The position numbers and the translations under genes are program-made. From Polyangiales bacterium (GTDB lineage Bacteria > Myxococcota_A > Polyangia > Polyangiales > Polyangiaceae): 32,620 nucleotides of DNA. How positions within the stretch are numbered: the stretch's first letter is position 1; every line of letters starts with the position of its first letter. Location: NCBI GenBank assembly GCA_038230375.1, contig JBBRNJ010000091.1, forward strand, positions 1-32,620, given 5' to 3'. The notes under the pieces are model-generated. The model was not told the origin of the DNA. It worked only from the letters and a program-made list of their open reading frames with translations, and did no database searches. Positions 1-8,404 of this stretch are shown here, piece after piece.

Positions 1-1
1 C

Positions 2-100
2 GACATCCTCGACATCAGCGTGCGCACGATCCAGTACCGGCTCCACGAGTACGGTATTGCCCAGCAACGTCAGAAGCCGGGCCTGCCGCCGACTACCTGA
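2..100 (+). CDS. 3' end of a sigma54-dependent enhancer-binding protein (Fis-type HTH); partial
   Basis: Manual translation DILDISVRTIQYRLHEYGIAQQRQKPGLPPTT* matches the C-terminal Fis HTH of NtrC/AtoC-family activators; TGA at 98-100. Confidence 0.8.
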   Translation, partial: DILDISVRTIQYRLHEYGIAQQRQKPGLPPTT

Positions 101-515
101 CGACCCACACGCTGCAGTGGGCGTGGTTCACGACCTTGGCCGCCGTGGTGCCAAGGACCTTGTCGAGCCCGCTGTAGCCGTGCGAGCCGATCACGATGAG
201 GTCTGCATTCTCCTCTTTCGCTGCCTGGCAGATACCGGACCACGGCGTACCGATCTCGACGAGGGTGCGATGACCACCGAAGAGCTCGGCGGGGATCTTG
301 GGGACGTTGGTCTCCAGGTACTTCTCGGCTTGCGCGCGGAGGTGATCCGAAAGCGGGATCGGGTCCTGCCAGATCTCGGGCGGCATCTCTGCGGGAATGC
401 CCACGGACCTGCACAGGACCAGCTTGGCGTTGTACTTCTTCGCGAGGTCGATCGCGGCAGTGAGGACGCCTTCGGCGCGGACAGAGCCGTCGAGGCCAAC
501 GAGGATGCGTTTCAT
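93..515 (-). CDS. Universal stress protein (UspA family), 140 aa
   Basis: MKRILVGLDGS N-terminus, ADLIVIGSHG and LGTTAAKVVNHAHCSVWVVR C-terminus; AAGGAG SD upstream of ATG at 515. Confidence 0.93.
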   Translation of the reverse strand: MKRILVGLDGSVRAEGVLTAAIDLAKKYNAKLVLCRSVGIPAEMPPEIWQDPIPLSDHLRAQAEKYLETNVPKIPAELFGGHRTLVEIGTPWSGICQAAKEENADLIVIGSHGYSGLDKVLGTTAAKVVNHAHCSVWVVR

Positions 516-558
516 GGGTGTTCTCCTTGGGGATCCGGATGGATCCGACTCCCTCGTC

Positions 559-574
559 TGCGAAGCCCGCGCCA
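559..574 (-). promoter_or_regulatory. Putative sigma54 (-24/-12) promoter of the usp gene
   Basis: Minus strand TGGCGCGGGCTTCGCA with exact GG-N10-GC spacing, about 45 nt upstream of the ATG. Confidence 0.55.
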
Positions 575-744
575 GCCAACCCGCAGCCCGGATTGCCCGT
601 CCGCTGCGCTCGCGCGCAGAGACAGTTGCGTCTTCCAGCGCAGGATCTTCGCTTGCACGCGCCCAATGCGCAAGGGCGGATCCGAAAACACGCCGAGACC
701 AGCGCCTTCGTGAGCGTTCTCCAACCATTTCCCTGACGGCTCGC

Positions 745-3234
745 TCAGCGACCGAAGATTTGCAGGCCGCAGGTCTCGGCAACGGGGAGCGTGATCGTGA
801 GTTGTGGAATGCCATTCGCGAAGGTGGCGTCAACGGCAACCTGAAGGTCCAGGTTGCCGGCTCCGCCGAGCTCGCCGGTGTATGGGGACAGATCTGCGAT
901 GCTCACGCCGTTCCCATGGCCAACCGTCGGGAGCTTGGCTGCCTTCGCGCGGCTCAGGTCCGTGCACGCGATCGGGGCGTCGTCTCCCGCGAGGACAAGG
1001 TGGAACGCCGGCTGCGTCTGGAGCTTCGCCGTCGGCACGAGCGGGAACGGGCCAAGCCGCATCTTCCCGCCCTCGAGCACGAGCGCATCCGGCCGGCCGC
1101 GTGCGGACAGGTGGGTCGACAGGTCGACGTGGGCGGTCGCGGTTGTTGCGAGCCCGAACAAGGTGAAGTCGATCTCGCCCTTCAGCCCATCGCCTTCGGA
1201 GCGCAGGTCGATCGCCAGCTCCACCTCGTGCTCGACATCAGGCCTCCGATCGAACGTCACGAGACGCAGAGTCTCCGGCGCGACTTTCTGCCGCGGCACG
1301 CGCGCCGACAAGTAGATGCCCGCGCGGTCATACGAGCCCTGCAATGAGGCCCCGACCTGCGCGCCAGGCGGCGCAGTACCTGTCAGTGTACCGCGTGAGC
1401 GCGTTCCCTCGATCCGTCCGCCGATGTTCGACACAGTGAGGCCGAACGCAGTCACCGTCACGTCCCTGGACTCGAGCTCGTACGAGAGGCGATCGGCGAT
1501 GGCGGAGGTCTCCGTCCGCGGCACGTCGACCCTGGTCACAAGCAGGCGGGCGCCCCTGCCTTCCACCTTCACGGTCCCGTCACCGCCAATGAAGTGCACA
1601 TTGCGTGCTTCGATTCGACGAAGGTCATCCTTCTGGAGCAGCTCCGCGATGCGACCGACCGTCGCGACGCTGGCACCGACCGACAGCTCCACGTCGTCCA
1701 GCGTGAGGTCGTCCATCGCCAGCGAGTATCGGGCATGCCTGGCGCGCAGGCTCGCGTCGGGGACGCCGTCGAATGTGGCCGTCACATCCGAGAGCTCCCA
1801 GCCCGAGAACGAAGGCCTGGGTGATGCGCACGTCAACGTGATGCCGGCGCGCGCCGCCGCCGAACGCGCACGCGAAGCGGCAATGCGAGGCGCAGCGACG
1901 AACGCGCCGACGCCGATCGCGACAACGAGGCCGAGCCCCGCGAGCACTGGCACCCGTGAGCGGTGCTTCTTTGCGCGCATGCCGGGGCGCGAGAGGCGCG
2001 GCGCCGGATCACTCGGAAAACCCGTGAACTGCGAGTGCCGGGCCGGCGTCATCCCACCATACGGCTCGGCGGAGGGGCTCGACAGGCGCGGGTTCGACGG
2101 CGGCGCAGGAGTCTCCACGTCGGGGCGAGACTGCGGCGCGCGCGGGGGCATCAGCTGCGTCCGCATGAGCGCAGGTGCGGGTGTGCGGCCGAGCGCGATC
2201 GTGTGCTCGATCTGGACGTCAATCGACGTGTGGGCGTCTGCTTCGCTCTGCGGCATGGGGGTGGCCGCCTGGAGCGAGCGGACGGAGACGCCGGCGTCCG
2301 TGCGGATCGAAGAGGGCGGGCGATCACTCGGGCGCTGGCCGCGGCTCGCCGGGATGTTGAGGATGTGCGGCCGGTCCGTGGACTCCGCGGGGACGAGCGA
2401 CTTCAGCGCCTCCGACAGCTCCTCCGCGGACTGGAAGCGTTTGTCGGCGTTCGGCTCGAGGCACTTGTCGACGACCGCGTCGACCTCCGGCCCGAGCTGC
2501 GGAATCATCTCCGACGGCTTCTTCCGTGTGTTGCGGATGACCGCCGAGATGAGCTGCATGCCCTGTCCACGAAACGGCGTCTCGCCCACGAGCAGCTTGT
2601 GGAAGATGCATCCCATCGCCCAGATGTCCGTGCGGTGGTCGACCGACTTGGGTCGCTCGATCTGCTCCGGCGACATGTAGTGCGGCGTCCCGAGCTGCGT
2701 CGTCGTTCGCGTGAGCTGGCTCGCCTGGTCGTCGAGCCGGGAGATACCGAAGTCGAGGACCTTCAGCACGCGCGCACCGGTGTTCTGCGTCGCCAGGAAC
2801 AGGTTCGACGGCTTGAGATCGCGATGGATGATACGGACCCGATGCGCGTCTGCGACGCCGCTGCATGCCTGCACCATCAGCGAGACGGCAACAGCGAGTG
2901 CTTGCTTGCCGTCGCGGCGAATCACCCGGTCGAGGTCCTCGCCCAGGAGGAGCTCCATCACCATGAACGGATCGCCACCATCGGTGCGCCCCACGTCCAG
3001 GATCTGGACGGCGTGAGCGCCACCAATGCGGGATGCCGCGCGCGCCTCGCGATAGAATCGCTCCACGACCTCTGCATGGCCGCGCACTTCGGGGCGCAGC
3101 GACTTCACGGCGACCATCCGACCAAGGTCGAGCTGCGTCGCGCGCGCGACGACGCCCATGCCGCCTTGGCCTATCAGCTCGTCGATGCGGTACTTGCCAC
3201 CAAGTACGTCGCCTATGTGGAGCTCGCCTGACAT
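745..3234 (-). CDS. Membrane-anchored Hanks-type Ser/Thr protein kinase with Pro-rich linker, one TM segment and a large beta-rich extracytoplasmic domain
   Basis: GQGGMG, VAVK, HRDLKPSN, DFG and TPHYMSPE motifs; hydrophobic VPVLAGLGLVVAIGVGAFVAA segment. Confidence 0.95.
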   Translation of the reverse strand: MSGELHIGDVLGGKYRIDELIGQGGMGVVARATQLDLGRMVAVKSLRPEVRGHAEVVERFYREARAASRIGGAHAVQILDVGRTDGGDPFMVMELLLGEDLDRVIRRDGKQALAVAVSLMVQACSGVADAHRVRIIHRDLKPSNLFLATQNTGARVLKVLDFGISRLDDQASQLTRTTTQLGTPHYMSPEQIERPKSVDHRTDIWAMGCIFHKLLVGETPFRGQGMQLISAVIRNTRKKPSEMIPQLGPEVDAVVDKCLEPNADKRFQSAEELSEALKSLVPAESTDRPHILNIPASRGQRPSDRPPSSIRTDAGVSVRSLQAATPMPQSEADAHTSIDVQIEHTIALGRTPAPALMRTQLMPPRAPQSRPDVETPAPPSNPRLSSPSAEPYGGMTPARHSQFTGFPSDPAPRLSRPGMRAKKHRSRVPVLAGLGLVVAIGVGAFVAAPRIAASRARSAAARAGITLTCASPRPSFSGWELSDVTATFDGVPDASLRARHARYSLAMDDLTLDDVELSVGASVATVGRIAELLQKDDLRRIEARNVHFIGGDGTVKVEGRGARLLVTRVDVPRTETSAIADRLSYELESRDVTVTAFGLTVSNIGGRIEGTRSRGTLTGTAPPGAQVGASLQGSYDRAGIYLSARVPRQKVAPETLRLVTFDRRPDVEHEVELAIDLRSEGDGLKGEIDFTLFGLATTATAHVDLSTHLSARGRPDALVLEGGKMRLGPFPLVPTAKLQTQPAFHLVLAGDDAPIACTDLSRAKAAKLPTVGHGNGVSIADLSPYTGELGGAGNLDLQVAVDATFANGIPQLTITLPVAETCGLQIFGR

Positions 3235-3338
3235 TCAGAGATCGCCCAAACTAGATCGTGGGAGCGAATGACACTTCCACGCAAGCTCCAACGGGGATGT
3301 GACAGGACTGTAACGTGCGCATTTGCACGTGTGCGGCG

Positions 3339-4646
3339 CTAGGAGACGAGCGCGCGGGTGATGCCACATAGCTCCGCCAGGCGCACCCCACCACGGGCGC
3401 GACCCAGAGGAACGAGATGCACTTCGTGGTCCCCAAGGAGGGGCAAGTTGCTGGCATTGTTGCAAACTGGGGAACGTATGGGCATGAGCAACGCGCTCAT
3501 ATCGGAGATGGTGCCGGTGCCAGGTCGTCGTGGCTGGACGTACGCCCGCGCAGCGAGACGTATGTCGACGTGTGCTTGAGGGAGCATTGCGCCGGAGCGC
3601 TGATAGACCAGAACGGCGTAGGCGCCCCAGCTACACAGCACGTCGTTCGGGCGAAGGAACGCCGAGAAGTCTCGCGCGAGCTCGTCGAAGGAGACGCCCG
3701 CGCGGATCTCCGCTTCATCCAGATGACAGTGCTTCGACGTTCCGGACGCGAGTGGCCCACGCGTGCGCACGACGCGCTCGAACGTCTCTCCGGTGTCGAT
3801 GCGATGCGCGAGCCAGTGGATGATCTCTTCGCGCTCACTCGTGCGCTCGGGGCTCCCGTATGGCCAGCCGTTCGCCTCGCCGTAGACACAGACCAGGTTT
3901 GTCCCCCGCTGAGGATCGCGCGTCGCAGTTGCTCGCTCGAGAGCTTGGAGCGCGCGCTGCTCACGATACTCGCGCAAGATGCGAGGAAGGCGCGCCCATG
4001 GTCCGCGCACCGGAGCCGTCGGATCGCGCACGAAGTGTCTGCTGCCGCCGCCACGCGAGATATGCGCGAGCTGAGAATCCACCATGGCGCGGAAGGGCAC
4101 CAGCAGCGCGGTCATCTTCTCGCGGTCGTGCTCGAGCACGCCAAGGACGTGCGCCAGCGCCTCGAGCGTGGACACGTAGTCCTCTTGCGGCTCCTTGCGG
4201 ATGCGGTAGTCGCTCGGCGCGGTGGGACGGAACGCGTAGCGCGGGATCGCGTGCAGCTCCGGGTTCTCCTTCCACAGCTTGCTTGCCTGCCACCACGTGC
4301 CGTCCAGCACGATGAGCGTGCGTGGACCGTCGGGTGGGTGCGTCTCGATGTCGACGGCGTCCGGTGCAGGGTAGAGCAGGATCGGCGGGCGCGCGGGATC
4401 AGACATCGCGCTCGCGAGCGCCTTCGTGCCGCCGAACTTCACGCCCACGTGGAGCTCGGAGCTGGGAAGGCACAACGCCGCGATGCGAGCGGTGTTGATC
4501 GGCACGTCACGCTCACGCGGGTGCTGCAGGATCACAACGCGCGTCTGCGTCGGGATCTGCTTCACGTGGCGGCAGTAGCAGACGACCTCTGGCCGCCAGC
4601 ACTTCTCGCATACGCGCCTTGGTTCTGCTGCTGGTGCGGACATCAT
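3339..4646 (-). CDS. DTW-domain tRNA-uridine aminocarboxypropyltransferase (TapT/DTWD2-like) fused to a degenerate DnaQ/DEDD exonuclease-like domain
   Basis: CEKC..CYC zinc knuckle, LQHPRE, NTAR, LLYP, LDGTW, YRIRKEP, STLEA; start placed at MMSAP just downstream of the ogt stop. Confidence 0.85.
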   Translation of the reverse strand: MMSAPAAEPRRVCEKCWRPEVVCYCRHVKQIPTQTRVVILQHPRERDVPINTARIAALCLPSSELHVGVKFGGTKALASAMSDPARPPILLYPAPDAVDIETHPPDGPRTLIVLDGTWWQASKLWKENPELHAIPRYAFRPTAPSDYRIRKEPQEDYVSTLEALAHVLGVLEHDREKMTALLVPFRAMVDSQLAHISRGGGSRHFVRDPTAPVRGPWARLPRILREYREQRALQALERATATRDPQRGTNLVCVYGEANGWPYGSPERTSEREEIIHWLAHRIDTGETFERVVRTRGPLASGTSKHCHLDEAEIRAGVSFDELARDFSAFLRPNDVLCSWGAYAVLVYQRSGAMLPQAHVDIRLAARAYVQPRRPGTGTISDMSALLMPIRSPVCNNASNLPLLGDHEVHLVPLGRARGGVRLAELCGITRALVS

Positions 4647-4654
4647 CCGTTCGT

Positions 4655-5155
4655 CTAACCGAACAGGCGCCCCTGAGCAACGCCATGCCCCTCGAGCGCC
4701 AGGAGCTTCTCCTTGCGATGCACGCCGGACGCGAAGCCCGTCATGCTGCCGTCCTTCCCGATCACGCGGTGGCACGGCACGATGATGGCGATCGGGTTCT
4801 TGCCGTTCGCGCCACCGACCGCGCGCACCGCGTTCTTGTCGCCGAGCTTCCTTGCAAGGTCCACGTACGCGCGCGTCTCGCCAAACGGGATCTCGCATAG
4901 GAGCTTCCACACCTTCATCTGGAACGGCGTGCCACGCGGCGCGCACTTCACGGTGAACACCTTTCGCTTGCCGGCAAAGTACTCGTGGAGCTCGCGCTCT
5001 GTCTTGTCGAGCACGCGTCCATTGTCCTTGCTGGCTGGTGTCACGTCGTAGCCTTTCGGCATATTTTCGCGCTGAAAATTCAATCCCACGAGCGCGCCTT
5101 CGTCCGCGAAGAGTTCCAGCGGGCCCATCGTGCTCTCGATCCTTCGTGATTCCAT
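4655..5155 (-). CDS. ogt: Methylated-DNA--protein-cysteine methyltransferase
   Basis: GTPFQMKVW, IPFGET, RAVGGANGKNP and active-site PCHRV; start overlaps the alkA stop (TGATG). Confidence 0.95.
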   Translation of the reverse strand: MESRRIESTMGPLELFADEGALVGLNFQRENMPKGYDVTPASKDNGRVLDKTERELHEYFAGKRKVFTVKCAPRGTPFQMKVWKLLCEIPFGETRAYVDLARKLGDKNAVRAVGGANGKNPIAIIVPCHRVIGKDGSMTGFASGVHRKEKLLALEGHGVAQGRLFG

Positions 5156-6618
5156 CAGGTGTCTCCTTCTGCTGCGCGCCGCCACACGTGCATCACGTAC
5201 GTTGCGCGAAATGGTGCCAGGTGTCGTGTGCGAGCCTCCGCGGCCGCGCCGGTGCGGGTGCCGGTCGCGCGGAGGACAAGGAGGTCCGAGGACGGGAACG
5301 CGTCGGGCCAGTGCAGTGCGCGCATTGCAATCACACTTGCGGTGAACGGGCCCATCCCCGGGAGCGCAAGCAAGCGCTCCATCTGCGTCTCCACCGGCAG
5401 CGACGACGTGAGAGGGACGTGCCCGCTGCGGAACGCGTCCGCGATCATGAGGAGCGCCTTCGCGCGCGCGAGCGGTACGCCGATCCCGCGAAGCTCCTCG
5501 GCGGGGACCTTCGACAGGGCGTCCGCATCCGGGAACAGCCGTCGCACCGGGGATGCCTCCGGAAGGTCGAGCGTGCGACCAAAGCGATGAACCAGCCGCT
5601 CGCCGAGCGTACGCGCCGCCCGTACGGAGACCTGCTGCGCCAGCACTGCGCGCAGGGCGGCCTCGAACGGGTCCAGCGTCCCGGGCACGCGCAGCCCTGG
5701 TCGCTCACGCACCATCGTGCGCGCCTCCGGATCCTTCGCGAACACCTTTGCGATCAGGTCCGGACGAGCATCCGAGTCCGTCAGCGCGCGGATGCGCGAC
5801 ACGAGCAGAGGCAGCACCGGCGCGAGCGAGATTGAAACCAGCGCCTGGAGCGAGCCCTTTCGCGTTCCCTGGCGAATCGTCACCGTGCCGCTCGCGTTCC
5901 CGACGGCGAGCGCGCGCGTGTAAGACCTTGCGTCCACGTGCTCCACCTCTGGCACGGCGCGCACGCGCAGGAACTCCAGCCAGGACTCCCAGTCGTATGG
6001 CGGGCGATGATCAAGGCGCAGTTCGATGTGGTCCGAGGAGCGCGGCGTGCGCGCGCCGAGCTTCGACTCGCGCGGTGAACAGCCAAAGCGCTCGCGAAAC
6101 TCCGAGTTGAAGCGGCGGATGCTCCGGTATCCGGCGGAGAGCGCCACGTCCGAGAGCTTGAGGCGCGCGTCCGTCATCAGGTGCTTCGCAAGCGCGAGCC
6201 TTCGCGTCTGCGCGTATGCAAGCGGCGACACGCCGAGCTCCTTGTCCATCACGCGGCGCAGGTGTCGCGACGTGACGCCTAGCTCCTCTGCAAGCACGTC
6301 GAGCGATTCGTTGCTCAGCGCGCCCTCGTCGATGCGCTGAGCGGCCCGCATGGCGAGCGCGGAGGTCTTGTCGACGCTTGCAACGACACCGGCGCTGGGC
6401 GCGACCTCGGGCCTGCAACGGAAGCACGCGCGGTATCCGGCGCGCTCGGCCTCTGCTGCGCGCACGAAGAACGCGCAACGATCCTTGCGCGGCGTGCGCG
6501 CTGGGCAGATGGGTCGACAGTAGATCCCGGTCGTGCTGACGCCGACGAAGAACGTACCGTCGAAGCGCGGGTCGCGAGCAAGGAGGGCGCGGTAGCAGGT
6601 GTCTTGTGCGAGGACCAC
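5155..6618 (-). CDS. alkA: Ada-AlkA fusion: Ada Zn-binding domain, AraC HTH, AlkA N-terminal domain and HhH-GPD 3-methyladenine glycosylase
   Basis: ARDPRFDGTFFVGVSTTGIYCRPIC..GYRACFRCRP; AraC-like HTH; LAQQVS; LPGMGPFTA..DAFPSSD. Confidence 0.93.
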   Translation of the reverse strand: MVLAQDTCYRALLARDPRFDGTFFVGVSTTGIYCRPICPARTPRKDRCAFFVRAAEAERAGYRACFRCRPEVAPSAGVVASVDKTSALAMRAAQRIDEGALSNESLDVLAEELGVTSRHLRRVMDKELGVSPLAYAQTRRLALAKHLMTDARLKLSDVALSAGYRSIRRFNSEFRERFGCSPRESKLGARTPRSSDHIELRLDHRPPYDWESWLEFLRVRAVPEVEHVDARSYTRALAVGNASGTVTIRQGTRKGSLQALVSISLAPVLPLLVSRIRALTDSDARPDLIAKVFAKDPEARTMVRERPGLRVPGTLDPFEAALRAVLAQQVSVRAARTLGERLVHRFGRTLDLPEASPVRRLFPDADALSKVPAEELRGIGVPLARAKALLMIADAFRSGHVPLTSSLPVETQMERLLALPGMGPFTASVIAMRALHWPDAFPSSDLLVLRATGTRTGAAAEARTRHLAPFRATYVMHVWRRAAEGDT

Positions 6619-6691
6619 GACCCACGATGTAGCGCCACGCGGGCGCCACGTCTGGCCATTTTCGGACCTGGGAGCTACTTCGATCGGTGCG

Positions 6692-8179
6692 TCAGAACGA
6701 CGCGGTGCCGCCGCAGGGAACGTCGATCGTCTTTGTGCCGCGCATGGGCGCCTTCACGACGTGTTTGCCGCAGCTGACGGTGACGGCGCCGTTGACGACC
6801 TTCTTCGGCGCACCGTCGATGAGGACAGCGGACGTGGGAACACGCAGCGTGCCAACGCCTTGCGGGGTTGCGGCGCTCTTCGCGGTTGGCTGAGACGACG
6901 GTGCGGCCGCCTTCACCGAAGGCTGCGCGGGCTTTGCGATCACGGGGGCGACGCGCCTGGGCGGCGGTGCGGGGACGAACGTCGCGGCGATCGGCTCTGG
7001 CGTCAGCGTCACCTGGGTCTCGTTCGGCTTCAGGGCATCCGCGTTGCTCGTGTCGGCCTTCGGTCCGTTGACGTTGGTCGCCGCCTGATTGTCGACCTCG
7101 GCGGGAGGCGGAGGGATCGCTGCGGCGCGCTGCTGGTCGAGCGAGGGTCTGCGCGAGACGTCGCTCGAATCCACGACGACGGTGGCGGTGCGGGTCTTCA
7201 CGCGATGCGTGACGCCGTATCCGACGAGGGCAAGCGCGATCGTGGAGAGCGCGATCGCGCCAGCGACACCCGCGATGGTCTGCCAGCCGCTGCGCGACGG
7301 CACGCCGGCGGCCCGCGCGAGCTCCGCGGTGGACTCGACGATCAGGCTCGGGCGGCGAGCAGGTACCGGCATCATGTCGACCGCGAACGGCGCGATCGAG
7401 CTATGGCGCAGGTCCAGCGGCACGCTCTCTTCCAGCTGCGGCGGCGGCACGTGCATCTGCATCGACGGCGCGTGCATGTGCAGCATCGCGGGCGGCGGTG
7501 CGGTCGGCATGAGGTCGGCCGGGACGGGGGGCGCGGCGAGCAGGCCGGCGTCCGCGAGCTCCTGGAGCTTCTTCGGCGTGATCGCACCGAACACCTCGGA
7601 CAGCTCGGAGCGCGGCGGAGCACTCCTGCGCGACGGCACCGGCGGCGGAATGGACGGCGCACGCGCCGACTGGGTCTGGATGGCGGGCCGCGAGAGCACG
7701 GGCGGACGGGAAGGCATCGGCGGACGGGACGGAACCGGCGGACGGGACGGAACCGGCGGACGGGACGGAAACGGTGGGACGGCCACGGCAGACGCAGCGG
7801 CCGCGTGCTTCTTCGCGAGCGCTTCAGCAACCTCCACGATGTCCTCGATGCCGATCTCGCCGGTCGCATCGGCACCGTGACTGCTCTTCGCGGACGCCTC
7901 GGGCGCGATGATCACGCTCGGCTCGTCGTGCATCGCCGGGTGGTCCTGCAACGTGGAAGAAGGTCGGTCCTCCGGGATGGGAGCCGCGCCCACTGCGGGC
8001 TCGCGGGCCTCACCATCCTGCGCTGGCAGGTCCGTCACCGTACGATCGGCGGCCGGCAGCTGCTGCGTCGCCTGCGCATCGAGCGCATCGTCGGCATCGA
8101 GGGCGTCGAGCACGCTGACGCGCGCGCGTGCGGCTGCGTCTTCGGAGGAAGCGGACAACGAATCGGGCTGGGAAACCAC
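6692..8179 (-). CDS. Hypothetical single-pass membrane protein: acidic/Pro-rich disordered region and a C-terminal PEGA-like beta domain
   Basis: 495-aa ORF with a TM segment IAGVAGAIALSTIALALVGYGV; C-terminal GTLRV..VLIDG..CGKHVVK..IDVPCGG. Confidence 0.75.
   Translation of the reverse strand: MVSQPDSLSASSEDAAARARVSVLDALDADDALDAQATQQLPAADRTVTDLPAQDGEAREPAVGAAPIPEDRPSSTLQDHPAMHDEPSVIIAPEASAKSSHGADATGEIGIEDIVEVAEALAKKHAAAASAVAVPPFPSRPPVPSRPPVPSRPPMPSRPPVLSRPAIQTQSARAPSIPPPVPSRRSAPPRSELSEVFGAITPKKLQELADAGLLAAPPVPADLMPTAPPPAMLHMHAPSMQMHVPPPQLEESVPLDLRHSSIAPFAVDMMPVPARRPSLIVESTAELARAAGVPSRSGWQTIAGVAGAIALSTIALALVGYGVTHRVKTRTATVVVDSSDVSRRPSLDQQRAAAIPPPPAEVDNQAATNVNGPKADTSNADALKPNETQVTLTPEPIAATFVPAPPPRRVAPVIAKPAQPSVKAAAPSSQPTAKSAATPQGVGTLRVPTSAVLIDGAPKKVVNGAVTVSCGKHVVKAPMRGTKTIDVPCGGTASF
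7701..7772 (-). repeat. 18-nt coding tandem repeat x4 (PSRPP-type hexapeptides)
   Basis: Plus-strand GGCGGACGGGACGGAACC units and variants; encodes PPFPSRPPVPSRPPVPSRPPMPSR. Confidence 0.85.
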
Positions 8180-8328
8180 GGCGTCGCTTTCTGGTCGGGC
8201 GGGGCTACCCGAACGCGGCGCAGTCTTATCCGAAACGAGCGGAACGCAAGCTCCAAGGAGGGAACTACAGACACCTGCAGTATCCTACAGACTCCGGATT
8301 TAGCCTATCAATTTCAACAGTTACAACA

Positions 8329-8347
8329 GGCAAACGATCGGTTTGCC
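8329..8347 (-). terminator. Possible hairpin/terminator downstream of the Cys-rich FGE-like gene
   Basis: GGCAAAC-gatcg-GTTTGCC perfect 7-bp stem, followed on the minus strand by a T-rich but imperfect tail (TGTTGT). Confidence 0.35.
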
Positions 8348-8404
8348 GCCGCGCCTCATATGAGTCGCTCCATCACGGTCGAGGTCGAAGTAGACGCCTC
8401 GTCG

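Noticed and set aside
3299..3330. TGTAAC and the hairpin ACGTGC..GCACGT between the DTW and kinase genes as another CorE-type promoter
   Set aside because: No CGTC at 16-17 nt spacing, and it points antisense to the flanking genes
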